NCBI GenBank assembly: GCA_030628225.1
Contig: DAOVRJ010000003.1
Location: forward strand, 1-32,153
Length of the DNA: 32,153 nucleotides
Reading direction: 5' to 3'
Origin: Candidatus Zixiibacteriota bacterium
GTDB taxonomy: Bacteria > SM23-81
Both the position numbers and the translations under genes were made by a program. Positions 18,187-25,449 of this stretch are shown one piece after another; the stretch's first letter is position 1, and each line of letters begins with the position of its first letter. Below the pieces are notes generated by a model. That model saw only the letters and a program-made list of their open reading frames with translations. It had not been told where the DNA came from and ran no database searches.

Positions 18187-20100
18187 TCAGCGGATGAGGA
18201 TCATTTTACGCGTCTCGGTTAGTTCGCCTATCTTTAAACTACAGAAATAGATACCGCTGCTAACCGGCCTGCCCGTATAATCCGTTCCATCCCACTTTAT
18301 GTGCTGTTGACCGGCATTCCTGATTCCGTCGATGAGAGTTCTCACCTTCTGTCCCAAAAGATTGAATACAGTGAGTTTGATGGATTCTCGACTTGGAACA
18401 AAATACTGAATGATGGTTTCAGCATTAAAAGGGTTGGGGTAATTCTGCCAGAGTTTAAACGCAACGGGCTGAACCATTGGATCCTCTTCGTTCACCAGCG
18501 TCGTGGATGAGCTGTTCACAGCCACGATGGCGTCCAGGTCAAAATCGCCATTGTACAAACCCTCCTGATAGATGTCGCCCAGATCAGTGATTCTAACATA
18601 AGTCGCCCATTCCAGCCCCAAATCTGCTAAATCAAAATGATCCCCACCGGACACCGTGGGATCTGTGGGATTGAGGTTGTCATCCGTGGGAGTCACCCCG
18701 GCTAGTCCAGACATGTCTGTGGTGTCGTAGGGGAATTGATACCAGTTTTGTCCATTTTGACTGACGGATACAATGCCCGCCTCCATAAACACAGTACCGA
18801 AGATGGAGATGAACGCATTTTCAAATACGGTGAAATCCACGCCATGGCCATCGACGATGGCATTGTCGATGAACCTGAGGATAATTTCGCCTCCGTGTCC
18901 CAGGGATAAGAGTTCCTCTGGCTTGCAGCTTGGACTGTTAGGATTTATGCTCGGATCAGGATCAGGTGGACCGAGAACGTTATTCGGGAAGTAGTTATAC
19001 CCGAATTCGCTCCAATTCTCCCCGGGCGTGAAGCTGACCACCTCGTCTGCCCAGGGATCTGAACTCATGATCGGCTCCACTATGGCCATATCTTGAGCTC
19101 CCTCTCCAAAATTGTACGTTGCCAGCACCGTATCTGCATCTACATCAAATTTCTGGACGGTATCATCGCCAAAATTAGATATCCAAAGGGCATCTTCTTG
19201 TCCATCATATAGCAGGCGCATAGCACCATAGCCTACCTGTATAGGATTATCCACACCGCGAATAACAGTATCTGCATAGGCATCATACACGTAAAGATGA
19301 CCGTGAGGCTCTGCGCCAAAGGAGGTACAATAACCCTTCCCAGAAGGGGTAATCATGATGTCTCCGGGCATGCCCCCTATTTCAATGGTGTCCACCACGG
19401 CCGGTGTCCAATCGGGTCCGGCCCAGCGATCGATGACCACGATACGGCCGGGGATATCGTCGTAATTGCCAGTACACATGACGTGAATCCGGCCATCGGG
19501 GGCAAGAGCCAAATTTTGAGGATTGGTGAGAACCTCAAGATTTTGAATGATGGTATCTTGCAGGACGTCTATGATGGAGACCGTCGAAGGGCTGTAATGA
19601 GGATATCCGCCGGTGTTGGTGATGAAGGCTTGGTTTTCAACGATCAGGATTCCCTGAGGTCCAATTCCCACTGGTATATCTTTTAGGATAGTTCTGTTTT
19701 CCACATCGACAACAGAAACGCTATTGGCAATTAAATTCGTCACATACGCTTTATTTGCTCCTACAAAGGCCATGTAGTATGGATTGCTGCCCTGGGCTAA
19801 GGAAATGATCACGGGTTCCTGACCATCATCTCTGGGATCGATGATCATGATGTCGTTGGTGCCGGAATTTACCACGTAGAGCATGTCGTTGAAGCTCAGT
19901 ATTTGATTGGGCCATTGGCCAATGGTGAGGAAATCATTTACGATGACCTCCGTCTCCAAATTCAATTTGGAAAGAGTTCTGCCCAGTCCGTTGATGATAT
20001 AAAGAGTCCTGGGCTCATCGGCAAATGTAATATTGCCAAGCGAAACCAGCGCTAGACCCACAAAGAGCAAAATGCTTGTAAAAATTCGCTGCCTGATCAT
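18187..20100 (-). CDS. Secreted YncE/BtuG-like propeller + putative BtuH-like domain + Por/T9SS (FlgD-Ig) C-terminal sorting domain
   Basis: Signal peptide ending TFA with no lipobox; YVTN repeats; middle domain SLGHGGEIILRF...DFTVFENAF...EAGIVSVS...GGDHFDL; tail LWQNYPNPFN...VFNLLGQKVRTL...WDG...SSGIYF...RKMILIR. Confidence 0.85.
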   Translation of the reverse strand: MIRQRIFTSILLFVGLALVSLGNITFADEPRTLYIINGLGRTLSKLNLETEVIVNDFLTIGQWPNQILSFNDMLYVVNSGTNDIMIIDPRDDGQEPVIISLAQGSNPYYMAFVGANKAYVTNLIANSVSVVDVENRTILKDIPVGIGPQGILIVENQAFITNTGGYPHYSPSTVSIIDVLQDTIIQNLEVLTNPQNLALAPDGRIHVMCTGNYDDIPGRIVVIDRWAGPDWTPAVVDTIEIGGMPGDIMITPSGKGYCTSFGAEPHGHLYVYDAYADTVIRGVDNPIQVGYGAMRLLYDGQEDALWISNFGDDTVQKFDVDADTVLATYNFGEGAQDMAIVEPIMSSDPWADEVVSFTPGENWSEFGYNYFPNNVLGPPDPDPSINPNSPSCKPEELLSLGHGGEIILRFIDNAIVDGHGVDFTVFENAFISIFGTVFMEAGIVSVSQNGQNWYQFPYDTTDMSGLAGVTPTDDNLNPTDPTVSGGDHFDLADLGLEWATYVRITDLGDIYQEGLYNGDFDLDAIVAVNSSSTTLVNEEDPMVQPVAFKLWQNYPNPFNAETIIQYFVPSRESIKLTVFNLLGQKVRTLIDGIRNAGQQHIKWDGTDYTGRPVSSGIYFCSLKIGELTETRKMILIR

Positions 20101-20146
20101 CGATGTCCCTCCTTTTCTGATGGATGTTGGCAGTGAATTTACTTCA

Positions 20147-22369
20147 TCAAAACGGGTTCTTTATGGATAATCCTAAACGCCACTCCCTGGGTGGAAGAGG
20201 CATGTCTTCAAGGATCTCATGCCGCTCATCGGTGATGTTGAAAACCGAGAACTTGCACTTTAGTTCCGCCGAGGACACACGAAAGCTCCAGGACACATCT
20301 GTGTCCAACACCTTGTACTGAGGCATCTCGATGGTGTTTGATTCCGTCACAAAGCGTCGGCCAACATTCCGATAATGAATACCCCCCTGCCAGGGATCAA
20401 ATTTAAGATTAATGTTGGCTTTGAATGAATCCTGAGGTTTGTAAGGTAGTATTTTATTGTGCGTCGTCCTCCGATTGCTCTTGTTTATAGGTTTGAGATG
20501 TGAATAGCTGAAAAGCACAGTTACGAATTCCTCGGGAGAGCACAACTCCATTGAATATTCTTGCCCTGTTATTTCTGCATCTGTGTTGAACGGGGAGAAA
20601 ACCTCAAAATTTCCCAGCCTCCATACGATTAGATCATCGATATTGTATCGAAACGCCGTTATCTGCCCCGCTATGTCCCCCCAAGTCGTTAATCGCCAGC
20701 CAAAGCTGGCATCGACATTCAAACTCTTTTCTGGAAGAAGATCGGGTTTCCCCTTAATTCTGAAATCCTGATAAAACAGATCGGCAAAAGTGGGCACACG
20801 AAAAGAACGGGCTAGATTGGACCGGAGATAAAAACGATTACCATCCCCCACTGAAATCAAAAACCCCACTCCCGGACTCCATTGATGCTCAACCCGTTTG
20901 ATCTCGGCATTGTCAATTACAATTTCATCGTAGCGAATGGCAGGTGTAACAATGACTCGCCAGGACAACCATGAAAAATGGTGCTTCCATTCCTGATGCA
21001 AGAGCACACCGTGTGATCGATCTTGAGCCTGACCGATGGTAGTGTTCTTTCCGGTGAGCAGATCGCTATCGCGATACCGCAGCAACCGACCGGTGTAGCC
21101 GGCGGTACATCGAAACCAATGGAGTGGACTGTACTGAACAGTGGAGTTGATCGCCGATGTCTTCAAGATAGCTTCGTAATGATATGGAGGATAGCGCCGA
21201 TATCTCAGCTCGGCATGCGCAGGCCATAAATTAGAGTTTTCGTTGCCAGACTCGCAGTAATCTAAATCGATGGTAACCTGGAGATGATCAATATTGTAAA
21301 CATACTGGGTCCCCAGAATGTCTCGCCTCGAGTTAGCCCGGGCATAAGCCGTCCAGTAGTTGATTTTTCCCGGCAGCCCTCTGTTGGAAATCACTCGCCC
21401 TCCCTTCACACAGATACGATGTCTTCCCCACCCCAGGCTCACATGCCCAAAAAGATTCCGCGATAAGAGATCCGCGTTTATTCTATTCTCCGGGATTGTC
21501 CTATCGTCGGGCGTCTCATAGCTGTAGGGAAAATCCCCCTGGCTTTGCAGATAGTTGTAGGAGACAAAGCAACCGAACCTCCCGTAGCTGCACGACCAAC
21601 TTGGCTCAATCTGGTACAGTTGCCATGAGCCCGTCATACAGTTTAGCTGGGCATTATTTTCGAATTTGTCTCTGGTGATGATGTTCAATACACCACCTAT
21701 TGCTCCCCCACCGAATCTTGGTGAAGTACCTCCTCTGTAAACCTCGATTTTCTCAATAATATTTATAGGCACTTCGGAGAGATCGACCTCGCCCATGAGC
21801 GCGTCGTTAAGCGGCATGCCATCCAACAGAACCAGGACCTGATTGGTCGGGCTGCCTCGAATTGAGATCTTCTTTCCGTTTCCCAATCCTCCCGTGTTTT
21901 GAATTTCCACTCCTGGAACCCCTTGCAACAGTTCTCCAACAGACTGGAAATTAGACTCTTCTATCTTTCTACGGGTTATGGTAAACACATCTGTCGTGGG
22001 GATATCTGTCCATCTTTCGGCGAAAACCTCTATTTCTGCTATAGGAATCAGTTTTGGGCTGAGTTGGTAATTTACATGTACGGGTTGATCTCGGAACACT
22101 GTTATATCCGAGATCGTCAGAGTCTCATACCCAATATAGCTGGCCGATACTGTATAAATACCAACGAGCAAGTTCTCCAACTGGAAATAACCATGCTCAT
22201 CGGTGATCGCACCTATTCCCTTGCCGTGGACCACCACATTAGCTCCCAAAAGGGGATTGCCAGTATCTATATCTGTCACCAACCCGCAGATTTTAGCGGT
22301 AGACTGTGCCCATGCTGTTGAGCACAGTAACAGCGCGAATACGCACAAGATCGTTGTATTGCGAGTCAA
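20147..22369 (-). CDS. btuB: TonB-dependent receptor 1 (cobalamin receptor, BtuB-like) with N-terminal carboxypeptidase-regulatory-like domain
   Basis: Signal peptide ending AWA-Q; ICGLVTD..TGNPLLGANV..GAITDEHGYF domain; plug ISIRGSPTNQVLVLLDG and IEVYRGG...GAIGGVLNIIT; FRVPTFADLFY; directly downstream of a cobalamin riboswitch. Start set at TTG 22369 after AAGGA; the track start 22414 overlaps the terminator U-tract. Confidence 0.88.
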   Translation of the reverse strand: MTRNTTILCVFALLLCSTAWAQSTAKICGLVTDIDTGNPLLGANVVVHGKGIGAITDEHGYFQLENLLVGIYTVSASYIGYETLTISDITVFRDQPVHVNYQLSPKLIPIAEIEVFAERWTDIPTTDVFTITRRKIEESNFQSVGELLQGVPGVEIQNTGGLGNGKKISIRGSPTNQVLVLLDGMPLNDALMGEVDLSEVPINIIEKIEVYRGGTSPRFGGGAIGGVLNIITRDKFENNAQLNCMTGSWQLYQIEPSWSCSYGRFGCFVSYNYLQSQGDFPYSYETPDDRTIPENRINADLLSRNLFGHVSLGWGRHRICVKGGRVISNRGLPGKINYWTAYARANSRRDILGTQYVYNIDHLQVTIDLDYCESGNENSNLWPAHAELRYRRYPPYHYEAILKTSAINSTVQYSPLHWFRCTAGYTGRLLRYRDSDLLTGKNTTIGQAQDRSHGVLLHQEWKHHFSWLSWRVIVTPAIRYDEIVIDNAEIKRVEHQWSPGVGFLISVGDGNRFYLRSNLARSFRVPTFADLFYQDFRIKGKPDLLPEKSLNVDASFGWRLTTWGDIAGQITAFRYNIDDLIVWRLGNFEVFSPFNTDAEITGQEYSMELCSPEEFVTVLFSYSHLKPINKSNRRTTHNKILPYKPQDSFKANINLKFDPWQGGIHYRNVGRRFVTESNTIEMPQYKVLDTDVSWSFRVSSAELKCKFSVFNITDERHEILEDMPLPPREWRLGLSIKNPF

Positions 22370-22412
22370 CTGAGGTGTCCTTCCAAATAGAAAAGGCGAA
22401 ATACTACGGCTC

Positions 22413-22450
22413 AATAAAAACCCCCAACTTCCGAGAATGAAAGCTGGGGT
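22413..22450 (-). terminator. Expression-platform terminator of the internal cobalamin riboswitch
   Basis: Minus strand ACCCCAGCTT-tcattctcgg-AAGTTGGGGGT-TTTTATT. Confidence 0.75.
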
Positions 22451-22505
22451 CGATACGTATCAAGAACCCAAACCTCGCCCACGGAGGTCTTTGTGGATCT
22501 TCACT

Positions 22506-22670
22506 GGAGACGGCAGGTTTCCTGGCTATGGGCATCGGACCTACTCGCCACGCCTTCCCGTCCCCCTTAATGGAAACAGTGGCAATTGTGGCTTTCGTAG
22601 CCCATCACAGTAGCGGGGCTGCGACGGATTTTCACCGTCTTCCCTATTGGCCCTTGCGGGCACCGCCTTC
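22506..22670 (-). ncRNA. Cobalamin riboswitch (internal, upstream of btuB)
   Basis: Minus strand conserved blocks: GGTG..ATAGGGAA.CGGTGAAAATCCG..CAGCCCCGCTACTGTGA...GCCACTG...GGGAAGG...AGCCAGGAAACCTGCC (B12 box). Confidence 0.95.
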
Positions 22671-22713
22671 GTGTTGTATTCGCAAAGAGCAGACTTAAGA
22701 AGTGATATCTGGC

Positions 22714-23235
22714 TCAGCAATCATCTGGAGCTGTCCAGCGAGGTCTTATCTTGTATATTAATGGCCCGATCACGGTAAAGATCATCAAATTCGAGACCAT
22801 GTGTATAATCGAAAACATCATGCCCGCGACCAGAACAGCCGACAACTTTGAGGCCATTCCAAAGGATATGGCCATTGCCACGTTGGTAACGATGTCATAA
22901 AACAGCGTACATGCCAAACCACAAAGCGCCATCTTCGCCCAAGTAAATCCCCTGTCCAGCCAAGGCTGAATCGCTCCCCCCACTGCTCCGATGGTGGCCA
23001 TTCCGCCCACTTGAGCCAAGGCCACGGGAAGTACCGGAGCACCCATGGGGTTCAGGGTGGTGAACAAGCCCATGGAGATGATTCCCACTATGAAGCCGCC
23101 CTTCGATCCCAGGATGTAGCCGGCCATGAAGATCACCAAGGTGACAAGCTCCACGTTGGGCACATGCACCAACGAAAACCCCAGGGCTACAGCCAGGGCC
23201 ACAAAGGTGGCGGAGAGGGCAAAATCTCGGATCAC
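22714..23235 (-). CDS. ECF transporter S-component, probably cobalamin-specific (CbrT/BtuM-like)
   Basis: 173 aa with about 5-6 TM helices, AxxxA in TM1 (ATFVA), PNVELVT motif, flanked by two cobalamin riboswitches. GTG start after GGGA. Confidence 0.8.
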   Translation of the reverse strand: MIRDFALSATFVALAVALGFSLVHVPNVELVTLVIFMAGYILGSKGGFIVGIISMGLFTTLNPMGAPVLPVALAQVGGMATIGAVGGAIQPWLDRGFTWAKMALCGLACTLFYDIVTNVAMAISFGMASKLSAVLVAGMMFSIIHMVSNLMIFTVIGPLIYKIRPRWTAPDDC

Positions 23236-23249
23236 GTTGAGTGTCCCAT

Positions 23250-23305
23250 AAAAAAATCCTCCCGTCGGGGAAGATCAAAAAAGCCCGACCTTCAAAGTCG
23301 GGACT
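23250..23305 (-). terminator. Two tandem terminator hairpins in the expression platform of the upstream riboswitch
   Basis: Minus strand AGTCCCGAC-tttgaag-GTCGGGCT-TTTTT, followed at once by ATCTTCCC-cgac-GGGAGGAT-TTTTTT. Confidence 0.75.
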
Positions 23306-23342
23306 AGAAGACGAAACCTTCCCGCGAAGGCATTTTTTCGCT

Positions 23343-23541
23343 GGACGCAGGCAGGTCTCCTGGCTCTCGGCAAAAGAAGCGCCATCCTTCCCAGGGAAAA
23401 ACTAACTCCCCAGTGGCCTACAATATATCGCTTCTGAGGTTCCGGCCTGAAAACAGCCGGACCTCCTGCCGATCACAGTGGCGGGGCCGCTCGGTTTTCC
23501 ACCGTTTTCCCTATTCTCCGCTCCTACGGCACCTGCGCCTT
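23343..23541 (-). ncRNA. Cobalamin riboswitch (5' leader of the locus)
   Basis: Minus strand: AGGTGCC..AATAGGGAAAACGGTGGAAAACCG.GCGGCCCCGCCACTGTGA...GCCACTGGG...GGGAAGG...GAGCCAGGAGACCTGCC. Confidence 0.95.
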
Positions 23542-23558
23542 CATGTTTCTTCCGCGCT

Positions 23559-23587
23559 AATATAGCGTAGGATCTTTCGCTTGTCAA
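23559..23587 (-). promoter_or_regulatory. Sigma70 promoter of the cobalamin locus
   Basis: Minus strand TTGACA-17 nt-TATATT, ending about 18 nt before the riboswitch P1. Confidence 0.75.
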
Positions 23588-23929
23588 GCACCAAAATGTG
23601 GTTTTTCTCAAATATCACAAACTTGCTTTCCCCTGAGCCCCTGTTCAAACCATCCAGTTTGCTGTAAGAATACCCCGGTTAAACGTTTTTCATATTGTTG
23701 TCGTAGAGAATATGACGCGTTTGCAAAGAGCATCGGCGACGAAGAAGATATGCATGCCCCTTTGCTGGAATTCCTTGCGGACATCGCAGATATCCCAATA
23801 TCCCGTCTAAGAATCTTCGCTGCCGGAGATGGCCAAGGCACATTTTTGATACAAGAGCGGCTCTATCCTGGCTGTGCAGGTGATACCTTTTTGAACATAT
23901 CGGCCGCGCACTCTCTCGCACCTTATGAG

Positions 23930-23959
23930 AAAAAGGCCGACGTATCAACGTCGGCCTTT
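23930..23959 (-). terminator. Intrinsic (possibly bidirectional) terminator after the TPR lipoprotein
   Basis: AAAGGCCGACGT-N4-ACGTCGGCCTTT perfect 12-bp stem, U-tract on the minus strand. Confidence 0.85.
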
Positions 23960-23996
23960 CTGTTCTCCAGACATCTGCATGCGATTTAGAAAGATA

Positions 23997-24380
23997 TCAG
24001 GAATCCTCTTTACCCTCACCGGTAAATTCCATGCTTTCCAGATTCTCCCCCATATGTTCCAGCATCCAGCGGGCATCATCGGCCAAATCACAGTCGGGGT
24101 AATTGTCAACGATGCTCTGCATGGCAGCACTAGCCTTATTGTAGTCCTTTAGCTCCTCGGAGTAAATAAAACCAATCATAAACTGAGCTTTGTAATTATG
24201 CTCGTTATGGGGATATTTTTTCAACAGCATGCTGTAAAAGTCAACGGCCTTTTCAAAATTGCCCTCATTCTCCGCTTGCTGGGCCAGGCTAAACATCTCT
24301 TCTGGTGACTTTGTGCTGCAACCGTTAAAAAACAGCAACAACACAGCCACCACAATAGTTCCCACAAGCGCACTTCTCAT
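23997..24380 (-). CDS. Small TPR lipoprotein (BamD/YbgF-like repeats)
   Basis: RBS TAAGGAGG before ATG 24380; MRSALVGTIVVAVLLLFFNG-C lipobox; LLKKYP..KAQFMIGFIY..IVDNYPD TPR pattern. Confidence 0.8.
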   Translation of the reverse strand: MRSALVGTIVVAVLLLFFNGCSTKSPEEMFSLAQQAENEGNFEKAVDFYSMLLKKYPHNEHNYKAQFMIGFIYSEELKDYNKASAAMQSIVDNYPDCDLADDARWMLEHMGENLESMEFTGEGKEDS

Positions 24381-24414
24381 ATCTGCCTCCTTATCAAATA
24401 AGATGGTTAAATTC

Positions 24415-24442
24415 AATATAACAATTATTTGCATGATGTCAA
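24415..24442 (-). promoter_or_regulatory. Putative sigma70 promoter (extended -10) for the TPR lipoprotein
   Basis: Minus strand TTGACA-16 nt ending TGT-TATATT. Confidence 0.55.
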
Positions 24443-24459
24443 GGTAGTTTTCAATAGTC

Positions 24460-25410
24460 TCAGGGTCTGGGTATGGCCAGATCATCCGTCCCCGGGGCGG
24501 ACATAGTTATCTCAGGGGAATTTTCCTGGATAAGCTCATGGATGATCTGGGCGTATTTGACCTTTTCCCGCGCCCAATCGGCCATCATCTGAGAGTTCGT
24601 CCACGGTTTGTAGAGTGCTCCTGGGCCCGCTCCACAACCCGGGCCGGGTTCTACCTTGAAGTAACAGGGAGCCGCCACCCGGGCCATGTCTGGTGCCTCA
24701 TAGAAGCGCATGTAACCACCAAAGGATTCGGTGATGATTATGTGAACATCCAGAGGGATATCGGTAACCTGTCTTATGTTGGCGAATTGAGCCAGGGTAA
24801 GGTCGGCCACAGGGTTGAAACTTCCGGCGCCCAGGGATTGCAGGAGTCTTCCACCGGCAGCATTGGCATGTCCGCAGTAAATGGAAACCTTGAAGGTGAT
24901 ATCTTCGGGCAAATCCCCTTTTTTCTTCATCTCGTTCAGCAGCCAGAGAAGCCCCTCGTCGATGACCAGGAAACCGCGGAAGCCCAGATCTATTGCCCTG
25001 AAGATATCGGTGATGACCTGGCGGAGTTGATCGCTGCCCCGGTAGCGAAGACCAGACAATCCGCCCTCAGGGGTGACCAGCTGTCTGCCTATGTCCCAGG
25101 AGGCCCGGGGACCCGGGGTAAGGATAACCTCCAGCTTTGCCTCGGCGGCCATCTGAGCAAAATCTCTCAGCTCGGCTTTGTCCAGCAGGGTTGCTCCCAT
25201 AACCACGGAGATCGCCCGATGGATGGGAACCTTACGCTTGTTCATCTCGTCAATGAGAGCCTCCAGCACGACAGGACGTTCCACTCCGGATATCTCCATA
25301 CGATACCAGGCGCCATCGGGGAATCGTTTGGTGCTGGTGGGAAGATCCCGGGCATCACGACCGGGAATTCCGTGCTTCTCCATCAATTTGCTTACATCGT
25401 CCATCTTCAT
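24460..25410 (-). CDS. Uncharacterised TIM-barrel-like protein, resembling a family usually labelled 'U32 peptidase'
   Basis: Strong RBS AGGAGG. Motifs LPTS.KRFPDGA.YR.EI, GPRASWDIG, GFRGFLVIDEGLL, FKVS...GHAN, IPLDVHI, APCYFK recalled from that family. Function unknown. Confidence 0.6.
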   Translation of the reverse strand: MKMDDVSKLMEKHGIPGRDARDLPTSTKRFPDGAWYRMEISGVERPVVLEALIDEMNKRKVPIHRAISVVMGATLLDKAELRDFAQMAAEAKLEVILTPGPRASWDIGRQLVTPEGGLSGLRYRGSDQLRQVITDIFRAIDLGFRGFLVIDEGLLWLLNEMKKKGDLPEDITFKVSIYCGHANAAGGRLLQSLGAGSFNPVADLTLAQFANIRQVTDIPLDVHIIITESFGGYMRFYEAPDMARVAAPCYFKVEPGPGCGAGPGALYKPWTNSQMMADWAREKVKYAQIIHELIQENSPEITMSAPGTDDLAIPRP

Positions 25411-25449
25411 GGGAGTTCCTCCTATCCTGTTTTGGAAAGATGGTAATAA

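Noticed and set aside
24381-24485. N-terminal 35 aa of the 162-aa track ORF
   Set aside because: Covers the promoter and the upstream gene's end; RBS and lipobox place the start at 24380.
24538-25446. 302-aa + strand ORF
   Set aside because: Lies fully antisense to the 316-aa gene, which has a strong RBS and fits the operon direction; typical codon-bias shadow.
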